A stretch of DNA of 64,000 bases from Bacteroidota bacterium (GCA_016868455.1 VGGV01000013.1:11040-75039); one strand, 5' to 3'; positions 37,871 to 47,488 are shown, counted from the first letter of the stretch. Translations and numbers: made by a program. Notes: generated by a model from the letters alone, not told the origin.

Positions 37871-37894
37871 GTTTGTTTATCCTTTTAGTTTTTA

Positions 37895-38461
37895 TTAGTT
37901 TCTTGAATTTCTGAAAGGCATCCCCATTTCCTTCAGCAGCTCATACGCCTCTTCATCGGTATTGGCTGTTGTAACGAACGTAATATCCAAACCGGTGATC
38001 TTATTCACTTTATCAATATCAATTTCCGGAAAGATGATTTGTTCTGTTACTCCCAGTGTATAATTACCCCGGCCATCAAACGACTTTTCATTCACTCCCT
38101 TAAAGTCCCGTACACGGGGCAATGCCACAGCCACCAGCCTGTCAAAAAATTCGTACATCTTGTCTCCGCGAAGCGTTACCCGGACGCCAATCGGCATATT
38201 CTTACGCAGTTTAAAGTTGGAGATATCCTTCTTGGACATAGTGGCAACCGCCTTCTGCCCGGTGATTATGGTCAACTCGTCAATAGCGATGTCAACCAGT
38301 TTCTTGTCCGACACCGCTCCGTTGACGCCACGGTTCAGGCATATCTTTTCCAGTTTGGGCGCCTTCATTACCGAACTATAGCTGAATTTTTTAACCAGGG
38401 TGGGCACAACATCCTTCTTGTATTTAGCCGCCAGTCTCGGGATATATGTTTTTGTACTCAT
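37895..38461 (-). CDS. rplE: 50S ribosomal protein L5 (uL5)
   Basis: KICLNRGVG-like block, GQKAV.T.SKK.I.NFKLR, and [20 protein letters not shown]. Confidence 0.97.
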   Translation of the reverse strand: MSTKTYIPRLAAKYKKDVVPTLVKKFSYSSVMKAPKLEKICLNRGVNGAVSDKKLVDIAIDELTIITGQKAVATMSKKDISNFKLRKNMPIGVRVTLRGDKMYEFFDRLVAVALPRVRDFKGVNEKSFDGRGNYTLGVTEQIIFPEIDIDKVNKITGLDITFVTTANTDEEAYELLKEMGMPFRNSRN

Positions 38462-38488
38462 ATTCTATTTCTTTTGGCCTGAATAATC

Positions 38489-38836
38489 TTACAGTTTATT
38501 ACCAGACTTTTTTAATATTCTTACACTTTTGCCGTTTTCCCTTTCCCTTTTTAATTTGGAAGGTGTTTTGGCAGAAGCATCCCACAGCATCACATTACTG
38601 AGATGGATAGGAGCTTCTTTTTTAATGATTCCGCCTTTGGTGTTTTTGGCTGATGGCTTTGAATGCTTTGTAACAATGTTCACTCCTTCCACAATCACTT
38701 TTGCATCGTCTACCAGCACCTGCTTTACTGTGCGGGGCTTGGCCAGATCTTTGTCATCGCCGGCAATTACCACTACGCTGTCGCCTTTGCGGATGTTATA
38801 CTTGGGTTTAAATCTTGTTTTCATTTTATCTTTCAT
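38489..38836 (-). CDS. rplX: 50S ribosomal protein L24 (uL24)
   Basis: KOW motif IRKGDSVVVIAGDDKD. The start may be 4 codons later (MKTRF...). Confidence 0.95.
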   Translation of the reverse strand: MKDKMKTRFKPKYNIRKGDSVVVIAGDDKDLAKPRTVKQVLVDDAKVIVEGVNIVTKHSKPSAKNTKGGIIKKEAPIHLSNVMLWDASAKTPSKLKRERENGKSVRILKKSGNKL

Positions 38837-38865
38837 TATAAGGATGATATCCTCTCGTTAATCAA

Positions 38866-39234
38866 TTACAGTACTTCAGGAGCCAGGGAGATGATCTTCA
38901 TATACCCCTTGTCACGGAGTTCTCTGGCCACGGGGCCGAAAATCCGGGTTCCCCTGGGCTCATCGGCCTGGTTCAGTATTACCACCGCATTATCATCAAA
39001 ACGGATATAAGAACCATCCTTCCGGCGGAGTTTGTTGGTGCTGCGAACGATCACCGCCTTGGTGACAGTGCCTTTTTTGATACCGCCCTGCGGCAATGCA
39101 TCTTTAACCGTAACAACAATCTTATCTCCAATTTTGGCATACCGCTGTCCGCTGTTGCCGAGTACACGGATACAAAGCACTTCTTTGGCGCCGCTGTTGT
39201 CCGCTACATTTAACCGGCTTTCCTGCTGAATCAT
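38866..39234 (-). CDS. rplN: 50S ribosomal protein L14 (uL14)
   Basis: [26 protein letters not shown]. Confidence 0.98.
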   Translation of the reverse strand: MIQQESRLNVADNSGAKEVLCIRVLGNSGQRYAKIGDKIVVTVKDALPQGGIKKGTVTKAVIVRSTNKLRRKDGSYIRFDDNAVVILNQADEPRGTRIFGPVARELRDKGYMKIISLAPEVL

Positions 39235-39296
39235 CTTAAAACAATTTATGAATTACGAAATATGAAGTACGATTTCCTGACTTCTTACTTCTTTCT

Positions 39297-39554
39297 TTAT
39301 TTCACTTTCTCCACCACTTCCACCAGTCTCCAGCGCTTTGTTTTGCTGAGGGGGCGGGTCTCCATGATCTTTACCAAATCTCCGATGCTGCATTCATTTT
39401 TATCATCATGCGCATGAAGCTTAGTGGTCTTTTTTACAAATTTTCCATAGATAGGGTGTTTCACTTTTCTTTCAATGGCAACTGTAATAGTCTTGGCCAT
39501 CTTGTTGCTGGTTACAACGCCTATCCGGGTTTTTCTTAAATTTCTTGCTTCCAT
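39297..39554 (-). CDS. rpsQ: 30S ribosomal protein S17 (uS17)
   Basis: [41 protein letters not shown]. Confidence 0.97.
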   Translation of the reverse strand: MEARNLRKTRIGVVTSNKMAKTITVAIERKVKHPIYGKFVKKTTKLHAHDDKNECSIGDLVKIMETRPLSKTKRWRLVEVVEKVK

Positions 39555-39564
39555 TATTGTAGCT

Positions 39565-39777
39565 TTAGTATGCTTGCTGTTGCTTTAATTTCAGTTCTGT
39601 TTTGAGCCGGGCAATATCCCGGCGAAGGGAACGGATGGTCATGGGGTTCTCGAGCGGAGAAATAGCATGGGCAAATTCCAGTTTTTTCAAACGCTGCTTA
39701 TCTTCTTCAAGCCTTGCCTTCAGGTCCTGTTCATTCATTCCATGAATGCTTTTTACAAAATCAGCTTTCTTTGACAT
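39565..39777 (-). CDS. rpmC: 50S ribosomal protein L29 (uL29)
   Basis: 70 aa with the [28 protein letters not shown] helix pair; position between rplP and rpsQ. Confidence 0.93.
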   Translation of the reverse strand: MSKKADFVKSIHGMNEQDLKARLEEDKQRLKKLEFAHAISPLENPMTIRSLRRDIARLKTELKLKQQQAY

Positions 39778-39798
39778 TGCTTTTCAGTTTATGAGTGA

Positions 39799-40221
39799 TT
39801 ATGCTGTAACCAAATCACACCGTATTACAAACTTTGTTTTAATCGGCAGCTTGCCGGCAGCCAGGGCCAGGGAAGCTCTTGCTACCTGCTCGCTTACACC
39901 GTCCACTTCAAAAAGAATACGGCCAGGTTTTACCACAGCAGCCCAGAATTCCAGGTTACCCTTGCCCTTACCCATCCTTACCTCCAGCGGCTTACGGGTG
40001 ATGGGCTTGTCGGGGAAAATGCGTATCCACACATTACCTTCCCTTTTCATTTCACGGGTAAGTGCCTGACGGGCCGCTTCAATCTGGCGGTCGGTAATCC
40101 AGTGACTGTCCAGTGCCTTCAGCGCATAGGAACCAAATGATATGGTGGCGCCCCTTTTTGCATCACCCTTCATACGGCCCTTCTGCATCTTCCTGTGTTT
40201 CGTTCTTTTCGGTTGTAACAT
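39799..40221 (-). CDS. rplP: 50S ribosomal protein L16 (uL16)
   Basis: [19 protein letters not shown]...[12 protein letters not shown]. Confidence 0.98.
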   Translation of the reverse strand: MLQPKRTKHRKMQKGRMKGDAKRGATISFGSYALKALDSHWITDRQIEAARQALTREMKREGNVWIRIFPDKPITRKPLEVRMGKGKGNLEFWAAVVKPGRILFEVDGVSEQVARASLALAAGKLPIKTKFVIRCDLVTA

Positions 40222-40258
40222 TGCTTATAATTTCCAGTTACTTAATTCTTGTGTTCAA

Positions 40259-41014
40259 TTAGTTTCGTTTGTCTCTTCCGCCGCCTCTTCTGTCATCACG
40301 GCGGTCATCCCTTCTTTCCCTTCTTTCCCTTCTGTCACTTACATCGCTCTTACCGCCAACAAAGTTGGGGTTCAGATCCCTCTTTGCTAAAACCTCGCCT
40401 TTACATATCCATACTTTGATACCGATTTTACCATACACGGTGAGCGCAAATACGTTTGCATAATCAATATCCATACGGAATGTATGCAGCGGCACACGGC
40501 CCTGCTTGATCTCTTCCGTACGGGCAATCTCTGCTCCCCCCAAACGTCCGCTCACCTTTACCTTGATGCCTTCAGCACCCATTCGCAGAGCAGAAGCAAT
40601 TGACATCTTGATAGCCCTTTTATAATTGATCCTGTTCTCAATCTGGCGGGCAATGGTATCAGCTACAATCATTGCATCCAGTTCAGTACGGCGGATCTCC
40701 AGAATGTTGATCTGCACATCATCTTTACCGGTCAGTTTCTTCAGCTCTTCCTTGATGCGGTCTACTTCTCCTCCGCCCTTACCGATAATGATACCGGGTT
40801 TTGATGTATGAATAGTAATGATCAGTTTACCAAGGGTTCTCTCAATTACAATCTTTGAGATACCACCTTTGTTAATACGGGCATTCAGGTACGTCCTGAT
40901 CTTGTGGTCTTCGATCAGTTTGGAGGCATAGTCTTTTTTATTTCCATACCAGTTAGATTCCCATCCGCGGATGATGCCGAGCCGGTTACCAATCGGATTT
41001 GCTTTTTGACCCAT
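40259..41014 (-). CDS. rpsC: 30S ribosomal protein S3 (uS3) with an Arg/Asp/Glu-rich C-terminal tail
   Basis: [20 protein letters not shown]..., KH domain, and tail [25 protein letters not shown]. Confidence 0.97.
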   Translation of the reverse strand: MGQKANPIGNRLGIIRGWESNWYGNKKDYASKLIEDHKIRTYLNARINKGGISKIVIERTLGKLIITIHTSKPGIIIGKGGGEVDRIKEELKKLTGKDDVQINILEIRRTELDAMIVADTIARQIENRINYKRAIKMSIASALRMGAEGIKVKVSGRLGGAEIARTEEIKQGRVPLHTFRMDIDYANVFALTVYGKIGIKVWICKGEVLAKRDLNPNFVGGKSDVSDRRERRERRDDRRDDRRGGGRDKRN

Positions 41015-41035
41015 GTTATTGGTTTATTAATTCGT

Positions 41036-41383
41036 TTAGTTTTTTGATTCGTTGGTATCAACAATTACAGTTACATGATTACTGCGTTTGCGGACACGGT
41101 AACCGCGGCCCTGCGGGGCAGGACGCATACGCTTTAATGTTCTTGCCCCATCCACAAAAATGGTTTTAACCACCAGCTGGCTTTCATCTCCGCCTTCGTT
41201 CTTCTGCTTCCAGTTGCTGATGGCGCTTAACACCAGCTTGCGTAATGGCACGGCCGGGTGCTTGGGGTTGTGTTCCAGTTCGGCCAGCACTTTTTCTACT
41301 TTTTGACCACGGATGAGGTCAGCCAGCAGACGCATTTTGCGGGGCGATGTCGGGTAATTTCTGAGTTTAGCTACTGCTTCCAT
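41036..41383 (-). CDS. rplV: 50S ribosomal protein L22 (uL22)
   Basis: [26 protein letters not shown]...[20 protein letters not shown]. Confidence 0.97.
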   Translation of the reverse strand: MEAVAKLRNYPTSPRKMRLLADLIRGQKVEKVLAELEHNPKHPAVPLRKLVLSAISNWKQKNEGGDESQLVVKTIFVDGARTLKRMRPAPQGRGYRVRKRSNHVTVIVDTNESKN

Positions 41384-41457
41384 CTATTTGGTTTTAAGTT
41401 CGGAGTTTTAGGTTCGGAGCCTGACTACCGGCTCCCGACTACCGACTCCTGACTGTA

Positions 41458-41733
41458 TTATGCTTCTACTTTCTTGCTTGAGTGCCCTTTGAACTGCCGG
41501 GTGGGTGCAAATTCACCCAGTTTGTGCCCAACCATCAATTCCGTTACATACACTGGAATAAATTTATTGCCATTGTGCACTGCAAAAGTGTGTCCCACAA
41601 AATCCGGAGTGATGGTGGAGCGGCGGCTCCATGTTTTCACCACGCCTTTTTTTGATTTTCCTTCGTTCATAGCCAGCACTTTCTTTTCAAGATGTGTTGC
41701 TACATACGGACCTTTTTTAATTGAACGAGCCAT
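41458..41733 (-). CDS. rpsS: 30S ribosomal protein S19 (uS19)
   Basis: [11 protein letters not shown]...[23 protein letters not shown] trimmed the start from the track's 41763 to ATG 41733. Confidence 0.97.
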   Translation of the reverse strand: MARSIKKGPYVATHLEKKVLAMNEGKSKKGVVKTWSRRSTITPDFVGHTFAVHNGNKFIPVYVTELMVGHKLGEFAPTRQFKGHSSKKVEA

Positions 41734-41801
41734 AGTTTTAAAATTCCAATTTTCAAATTCCAAATCCCAATTGATATTTGTGATTTGGCTTCTTGTTATT
41801 T

Positions 41802-42638
41802 TTATTTAGTCAGTTTGCTTCCGTTTTTCCTCTGGATGATCAGTTTGTCGCTCGACTTGCCCCTTGTTCTTGTCTTCTCGCCTTTGGCGTATTTACCGGT
41901 GCGGCTTCTCGGGTGGCCGCCCGAAGCTTTACCTTCACCTCCACCCATCGGGTGATCAACCGGGTTCATGGCCACTCCGCGGTTCCTGGGCCTGATGCCC
42001 CTCCACCTGTTTCGGCCGGCCTTACCCATGCTTTGCAGGTTATGATCGCTGTTACTTACCACCCCTACGGTGGCGTAGCAGTCAATCAGTACTTTTCTAA
42101 GTTCGCCCGATGGCATCTTCAGTACGGCATATTTATCTTCTTTGTTGGTCAGCTGTGCTGATGAACCTGCGCTGCGGGCCAGCTTGCCGCCCTGGCCCGG
42201 CTGCATTTCAATATTATGAACATTTGTACCCAGCGGTATATACTTCATCGGAAGCGCATTACCAACCTCAGGAGCCACATCGTTGCCTGCTTCCACTTTG
42301 GCGCCCACCTGTAACCCCTGCGGGGCAAGGATATAGCGCTTTTCACCATCTGCATAATTCAAAAGGGCAATAAAAGCAGTACGGTTCGGGTCATATTCAA
42401 CAGATACTACAGTAGCTACGCCTGCTTTATTTCTTTTAAAATCCACAACACGGTATTTCTTTTTATGACCGCCACCAATGTAACGCATGGAAAGATGACC
42501 CGATGAATTACGACCTCCGCTTCTTTTCTTAGGCTCTACCAGGCTCTTTTCAGGAACATGGGTAGTGACCTCAGCGTATGCATTGCCGATCCTCCAACGG
42601 GTACCGGCTGTGACGGGTTTAAATTTTCTTAATGCCAT
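41802..42638 (-). CDS. rplB: 50S ribosomal protein L2 (uL2)
   Basis: [16 protein letters not shown]...[19 protein letters not shown]...[15 protein letters not shown]. Confidence 0.98.
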   Translation of the reverse strand: MALRKFKPVTAGTRWRIGNAYAEVTTHVPEKSLVEPKKRSGGRNSSGHLSMRYIGGGHKKKYRVVDFKRNKAGVATVVSVEYDPNRTAFIALLNYADGEKRYILAPQGLQVGAKVEAGNDVAPEVGNALPMKYIPLGTNVHNIEMQPGQGGKLARSAGSSAQLTNKEDKYAVLKMPSGELRKVLIDCYATVGVVSNSDHNLQSMGKAGRNRWRGIRPRNRGVAMNPVDHPMGGGEGKASGGHPRSRTGKYAKGEKTRTRGKSSDKLIIQRKNGSKLTK

Positions 42639-42725
42639 TTCTTAAATTCTTTTTTATTAGTTCCCGGATCAGGTCCGGGATAAGTCCAACACTTCGCGGC
42701 GGTTGATTGCCATTCACCCGGAAGG

Positions 42726-43025
42726 TTAAATATTTGAATACAGGTCAATATTGTCACCTTCGGCTACTGTTACAAAAGCTTTTTTATATGCAGGTTTACG
42801 GCCTGATATAACACCGGCTTTTGTGAAGCGGCTTTTGTTTTTGGCCGGTGATACCGAAGTATTCACCCTGGTAACGGTAACACCATAAAAGCTTTCAACC
42901 GCTTTTTTTATTTCCAGTTTATTTGCTTTTCTTGAAACTTTAAAAGCATATCTGCGCAGTTTTTCCTGTTGTGCATTAGCTTTTTCAGTCAGTATGGGCT
43001 TTATCAGTACTTCAGAAAGTTTCAT
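42726..43025 (-). CDS. rplW: 50S ribosomal protein L23 (uL23)
   Basis: LIKPILTEKANAQQEKLRRYAFKVSRKANKLEIKKAVE; position between rplD and rplB. Confidence 0.95.
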   Translation of the reverse strand: MKLSEVLIKPILTEKANAQQEKLRRYAFKVSRKANKLEIKKAVESFYGVTVTRVNTSVSPAKNKSRFTKAGVISGRKPAYKKAFVTVAEGDNIDLYSNI

Positions 43026-43050
43026 TGTTCTTTCTTTAATATGTTTTTAA

Positions 43051-43683
43051 TTAAGCTTCGGTTTCTTCCTCTGCAAAAATTTTAGCTGCACTTTCCGTCA
43101 TCACCAGTACATCTGAATTTACAATGTCATAGGTGTTGATGTCGCTCAGCAATACGCCCAGCACTCCGGGTACATTGCGTATGGAAAGCTCCAGGTTATC
43201 ATTATACTCCGGCTGAACAAACATTACCTTCTTGTCCGCTACTTTCAGCTTCCCAAGAATATCAACAAACGTCTTTGTTTTGGGTGCATCCATGGTTATA
43301 TCTTCCACCACTACAATGGCATTGTCCTTTGCCTTGTAAGAAAGGGCCGATATCTTGGCCAGGTCTTTTACCTTACGGTTGAGCTTAATATCATAACCAT
43401 GGGGTTTGGGGCCAAAAACGGTACCACCCCCCTTGTACAAAGGATTCCTGATATTTCCCTTACGGCTTCCGCCGGTGCCTTTCTGGCGGTGCAGTTTGCG
43501 GCTGGCGCCCTTTACCTCAGCACGGGTCTTCACTTTGTGTGTACCCTGGTGCTGTGCTGCGAGATACTGCTTCACAGCAAGGTAGATCACATGATTATTC
43601 GGCTCAGCACCGAAGATGTCTTCGGGTAGCTCAACCGTTCTGCCGGTGGCCTTTCCTTTTGTATTTAAAACTTCAACCTGCAT
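43051..43683 (-). CDS. rplD: 50S ribosomal protein L4 (uL4)
   Basis: GTHKVKTRAEVKGASRKLHRQKGTGGSRKG..R.PLYKGGGTVFGPKP. Confidence 0.97.
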   Translation of the reverse strand: MQVEVLNTKGKATGRTVELPEDIFGAEPNNHVIYLAVKQYLAAQHQGTHKVKTRAEVKGASRKLHRQKGTGGSRKGNIRNPLYKGGGTVFGPKPHGYDIKLNRKVKDLAKISALSYKAKDNAIVVVEDITMDAPKTKTFVDILGKLKVADKKVMFVQPEYNDNLELSIRNVPGVLGVLLSDINTYDIVNSDVLVMTESAAKIFAEEETEA

Positions 43684-43711
43684 TTTATTTCGTTTTTATT
43701 GTTACCCTGAT

Positions 43712-43727
43712 CCTGATAGCTATCGGG
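43712..43727. repeat. REP-like palindrome CCTGATAGCTATCGGG (copy 6)
   Basis: Read directly in the rplC-rplD spacer. The left arm is partially duplicated (CCTGATCCTGATAG). Confidence 0.7.
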
Positions 43728-43735
43728 ACGAAGGG

Positions 43736-44353
43736 TTACTTCTGAATTAAAACAATTGAACCATTGTGACCCGGCACTGAACCGCTGATCAAAATGTAAT
43801 TTTTGTCCGGAAATACCTTCACCACTTTAAGGCCCTTCAGCTTTACCCTGTCGCCACCCATACGGCCGGCCATGCGCATACCTTTCATTACACGGCTGGC
43901 ATCGGATGAGTTACCGAGTGAACCCGGGGCCCTCTGTCTGTCGTGCTGGCCATGCGATTGCTGGCCCACACCGTGGAAGCCGTGGCGCTTTACCACGCCC
44001 TGGAAACCTTTACCTTTTGTGGTACCCACCACATCCACATCATCGCCTTCGGCGAAAATGTCAACCGTTACGGTTTCACCTATATTTTTTTCTACAGAAA
44101 AATCCCTGAATTCTTTGGAAAACTTTTTGGGAGAAGTGGAAGCCTTTGCGAAGTGGTTTTTTTCGGCTTTGATGGAATGTTTTTCGTTTTTGTCGCCGAA
44201 GGAAAGCTGGAGAGCATTGTACCCGTCAGACTCAACCGTTTTCACCTGCGTTACAACACAGGGTCCTGCCTCAATGATCGTACAGGCAGTTTGCTTACCC
44301 GAGGGATCGAAGACGCTGGTCATTCCGATTTTTTTCCCAATAATACCTTTCAT
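43736..44353 (-). CDS. rplC: 50S ribosomal protein L3 (uL3)
   Basis: [15 protein letters not shown]...[16 protein letters not shown]....HG....RAPGS.G. Confidence 0.98.
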   Translation of the reverse strand: MKGIIGKKIGMTSVFDPSGKQTACTIIEAGPCVVTQVKTVESDGYNALQLSFGDKNEKHSIKAEKNHFAKASTSPKKFSKEFRDFSVEKNIGETVTVDIFAEGDDVDVVGTTKGKGFQGVVKRHGFHGVGQQSHGQHDRQRAPGSLGNSSDASRVMKGMRMAGRMGGDRVKLKGLKVVKVFPDKNYILISGSVPGHNGSIVLIQK

Positions 44354-44390
44354 GTTTGTTCAATTTGCGCCTGCAAGGTTATTGGGACAT

Positions 44391-44406
44391 CCGCCGGCTG
44401 GCGGAT
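44391..44406. repeat. Hairpin TCCGCC-GGCT-GGCGGA (left copy, rpsJ-rplC spacer)
   Basis: Read directly from the sequence. It is near-identical to the copy at 44610-44625, and both are followed by TT. Confidence 0.75.
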
Positions 44407-44609
44407 TCAATCCCCGTTTGCCACCGACCTTTTTCTTTATGGGAAAGTACCGGCAGTAAACAAACCCTGAATGGCTTGTTTTATATACCCCCAATCCGCC
44501 ACATGGCAGAAGTTGAGAGAGGTGAAATTTCAGAGCTCTTTTTTCTTTCCATATTATTGAAAAGATTGAGAGATGAATACAATTTGTTTTATAAGAACTG
44601 TGCTTACGT

Positions 44610-44625
44610 CCGCCGGTTGGCGGAT
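44610..44625. repeat. Hairpin TCCGCC-GGTT-GGCGGA (right copy, rpsJ-rplC spacer)
   Basis: Read directly from the sequence, about 10 nt from the rpsJ stop. Confidence 0.75.
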
Positions 44626-44634
44626 TAGGGTGTA

Positions 44635-44940
44635 CTACGCTTTGATTTCAACTTCCACACCACTGGGCAGGTCCAGTTTGCTCAGTGCATCCACGGTTCT
44701 TGAACTCGACGTGTAAATATCCAGCAGGCGCTTATGCGTAGACAACTGGAACTGCTCACGGCTTTTTTTGTTTACGTGGGGCGATCGCAACACCGTGAAT
44801 ATCTTACGGCGGGTGGGCAGGGGAATTGGTCCTGTAACCACAGCCCCGGTGCTGCGTACTGTTTTTACGATCTTTTCGGCAGACTTATCCACCAGGTTAT
44901 GATCGTAAGACTGTAATTTGATTCTGATTCGCTGCGACAT
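44635..44940 (-). CDS. rpsJ: 30S ribosomal protein S10 (uS10)
   Basis: [25 protein letters not shown]...[35 protein letters not shown] trimmed the start from the track's 45039 to ATG 44940 (101 aa). Confidence 0.97.
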   Translation of the reverse strand: MSQRIRIKLQSYDHNLVDKSAEKIVKTVRSTGAVVTGPIPLPTRRKIFTVLRSPHVNKKSREQFQLSTHKRLLDIYTSSSRTVDALSKLDLPSGVEVEIKA

Positions 44941-44970
44941 GTGTGAAAACCCAATTTTCTTTTGGGAGTG

Positions 44971-45001
44971 CAAAGGTAGGGTTGGGCATGGTACCCTCCA
45001 A
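44971..45001 (-). promoter_or_regulatory. Candidate rpsJ (S10 operon) promoter: TTG-20 nt-TACCTTTG
   Basis: On the minus strand, TACCTTTG (44971-44978) matches the Bacteroidota -7 consensus TAnnTTTG. A TTG lies 20 nt upstream, and the ATG is 30 nt downstream. Confidence 0.5.
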
Positions 45002-45057
45002 ATAGTTGGGAAAGAATTTTCTATGCTGTGGACAAGCAAGAGGACAAGTTATATCCT

Positions 45058-47247
45058 TTACTCTACCGGTTTGATTTTCAAAGCCAATGTGGCAAATCCT
45101 CCAAGCTCCAGATGTTCTACCCTAAAGTGGTGTTTTCCTCCCAAACCGATCCTTATTTTTTTATTGGGTGATTCGTCAAAACTGTAGCGGGATGGGTTCC
45201 ATTCATCAAACACTAAGTTCTCATCCACATATACCCTTACAGCATCATCCCAAGTAACAGATAGTTCATAATTGCCCGGCTTTATTTCTACAGTACCATT
45301 GGCCATGGTAATAAACTGGGGGTAATGAATACCGGCTTCTTTGATACCACCCCACCAGGCATAATCCAGCCTGTCTTTCTTTTCTGTTCTGAAAGGGGCT
45401 TTCTTTTCATACAAGGAAAAAAGCATACCTGTTGTGATGGGGTTGTGTGAAGCGGTATCAAGCCTGTAAAACATTACTTCCCAGTTTACCGGCTGAAAGA
45501 ATTTCCTGAAACGGAAATTATACGGTTTGCCTGCAGGAATCTTCTCCCCCATTGCTGTTGTGAAAGATTCGCCGGTATAAACGAGTTCAATCAGTATATC
45601 TGTTCTCTCTCCCGTTTCCTTCCTGGCTGTGACGGATGCCGGGAAAGTTCCTTTCATCACAGATACATCTTTCAGTCCTTTTACAGATTTGATCTGCCAG
45701 TTGCCGTGGGGCCCGATCAGATCGAACCGCATTGTATCACTCGTATCCGCTGGGTTTGTATTCCAAATGATGGGGTACCGGAAATCATAAGGCCCCCATT
45801 CGGTTATCATAATGTTTTTTCGGCCGGCAAATTTAGGGTTCCCTACAAATGGATCCATATATTTTTTAGTTGGCTCGATTGCCACTGTCGCAGTGTCTAT
45901 CGATAATTCTTTTTCTAACTTCTGATTTACTGTTGTATCAAGTCCTGACACTGTTGAGTCTATTTTAAAAATAGCATCGCTTTGGGAAATAGTATTTCCA
46001 TAAACACTTAAATTATTTGTCATTTTAAAGTTAAAAACAATGGGGATATTGTTGAAACTATTATAAACTATGGCATAGTCCCTGCTTTTAGTATCACGGA
46101 ATTTAGCATACCCCCAATCAGTAGGTTGCTCATTTCTTGCCCAAAGTCTGATTGCTTCCTTATCACCTGAAAAAAGATTGTATAAAATCTTATTTTGTTG
46201 CCCATGCTCGATAGCAATAGCAATTCTGTTATTTCGGAATTGATTGTCGCTAATCGTTGATTCAAAACTATAGCCACCCCATATGCCATGATCACATTCA
46301 AAAATCCGGTTCTCAATAATATGATTTCTGCTAAAGGTAACCTCAACTCCATTCGTAGGTGCATAAGAAAAATCATTCTCAATAATTACGTTATCGTTGC
46401 AGCCGCCTTTTCCGCTATCCATAGTAGTCTGTCCAGCCCATAAAAACAATCCATCGCCTCCATGTGTCACATTATTGTTATAAAAACGATTATTATTACT
46501 CTGCTCATAAACTAATATCCCGGCACTGTCCTGCCCCCGGTTGTATACCCCATGGCTGTAGCCCCGCACATTAAATATGACCCTGTTATAGCTTACCCTG
46601 TTGCGGTTGCTGCGGTACATACCGATACCTATCCCTGAATTAAAGGAGAAATCATTATTGACAATTAACCCGTCATTACACCTCATCAGCATCAGTGCAT
46701 TCTGGCCACCGGTTACTTTACAGCTTCTGACTGTGAAAAAACTACAATCTTTCAGGTACATCGCAGCGCCGTACCTCAGCCATTCATCCTTTTCATTATG
46801 ATGATAGCTCATCCAGTCGGATATATCTTCTTTTTCCTGCGTACTGTTCAGGCGCCGGCGGTAGTTATAACTGAAGTCGCAGTTTTCGATCGTCAGCTTT
46901 TCTGTATTCCGGGCTATCAGCGCCACTTTATAACCCCTTGTCTTCAGGTTTTTGATCGTTATGTTTTTACTGTTGCGGATGTAAACCGCAATGCCGGAAA
47001 ACTCATCCGGGGCCTTTGCGGAATTATCACCCCGTAATTCGGCCCCGCCAAAATCAACCACAATATTATTCCCTTCAATGTTTACAACACCCCGGGAACT
47101 GTCCGCCGGCCCGTCTATCTTATACACCGCTTTTTTAAACTTTGTTGTTTTGCCGACTTTCATTCCTGGTGAAATGGTGATCACCTGGGCCGATATGCCA
47201 TAAACAAAAAAAAGCAGTGTAACAGCGGTAAATCCTTTCCTTTTCAT
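45058..47247 (-). CDS. Secreted right-handed parallel beta-helix repeat protein with a C-terminal PA14-like domain
   Basis: Signal peptide MKRKGFTAVTLLFFVYGISAQ. Repeated beta-helix rungs (NITIKNL..., LTIENCDFSYN, VIIENDFSY, HIIENRIFEC...). The C-terminal GNYELSVTWDDAVRVYVDENLVFDEW is a PA14/GLEYA-type signature. Confidence 0.7.
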   Translation of the reverse strand: MKRKGFTAVTLLFFVYGISAQVITISPGMKVGKTTKFKKAVYKIDGPADSSRGVVNIEGNNIVVDFGGAELRGDNSAKAPDEFSGIAVYIRNSKNITIKNLKTRGYKVALIARNTEKLTIENCDFSYNYRRRLNSTQEKEDISDWMSYHHNEKDEWLRYGAAMYLKDCSFFTVRSCKVTGGQNALMLMRCNDGLIVNNDFSFNSGIGIGMYRSNRNRVSYNRVIFNVRGYSHGVYNRGQDSAGILVYEQSNNNRFYNNNVTHGGDGLFLWAGQTTMDSGKGGCNDNVIIENDFSYAPTNGVEVTFSRNHIIENRIFECDHGIWGGYSFESTISDNQFRNNRIAIAIEHGQQNKILYNLFSGDKEAIRLWARNEQPTDWGYAKFRDTKSRDYAIVYNSFNNIPIVFNFKMTNNLSVYGNTISQSDAIFKIDSTVSGLDTTVNQKLEKELSIDTATVAIEPTKKYMDPFVGNPKFAGRKNIMITEWGPYDFRYPIIWNTNPADTSDTMRFDLIGPHGNWQIKSVKGLKDVSVMKGTFPASVTARKETGERTDILIELVYTGESFTTAMGEKIPAGKPYNFRFRKFFQPVNWEVMFYRLDTASHNPITTGMLFSLYEKKAPFRTEKKDRLDYAWWGGIKEAGIHYPQFITMANGTVEIKPGNYELSVTWDDAVRVYVDENLVFDEWNPSRYSFDESPNKKIRIGLGGKHHFRVEHLELGGFATLALKIKPVE

Positions 47248-47271
47248 AGTAATTTGTCAATTCAAATTACA

Positions 47272-47301
47272 GAAAAAAGAAGGACTCATTGCTGAGTCCT
47301 T
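47272..47301 (-). terminator. Hairpin AAGGACTC-N6-GAGTCCTT + CTTTTTTC about 25 nt upstream of the beta-helix gene ATG
   Basis: Read on the minus strand; 8-bp stem with a U-rich tail. Confidence 0.45.
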
Positions 47302-47339
47302 AACCCGAGACCAGAACAAGTGTTTTTCGGTACGCCGGT

Positions 47340-47355
47340 CCCGATAGCTATCGGG
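47340..47355. repeat. REP-like palindrome CCCGATAGCTATCGGG (copy 7)
   Basis: Perfect copy in the fusA/beta-helix spacer, next to a further 9-bp hairpin AGACGAATT...AATTCGTCT (about 47361-47392). Confidence 0.8.
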
Positions 47356-47455
47356 AGGCAAGACGAATTTTAAAAACGGAGGGAATTCGTCTTTGTTAGA
47401 GCAAACAAAATGCCACCCGTGCGGTGTCCGGACTGATTACAGATAATAATTATAC

Positions 47456-47488
47456 ACAAAAAAGCCACCGGCCATTGAGCCGGTGGCT
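47456..47488 (-). terminator. Rho-independent terminator of fusA
   Basis: On the minus strand, AGCCACCGG-N8-CCGGTGGCT is followed by TTTTTTG, 20 nt after the fusA stop. Confidence 0.8.

Noticed and set aside
43803-44470. Long + strand ORFs (218 aa and 175 aa) opposite rplC. Similar long antisense ORFs lie opposite fusA (47974-48597, 49135-49644), the OmpA gene (50151-50765), rpsA, pntA, secY and others.
   Set aside because: They lie entirely antisense to strongly supported conserved genes and have low-complexity, family-less translations. These are the typical shadow ORFs of moderately GC-rich coding DNA.
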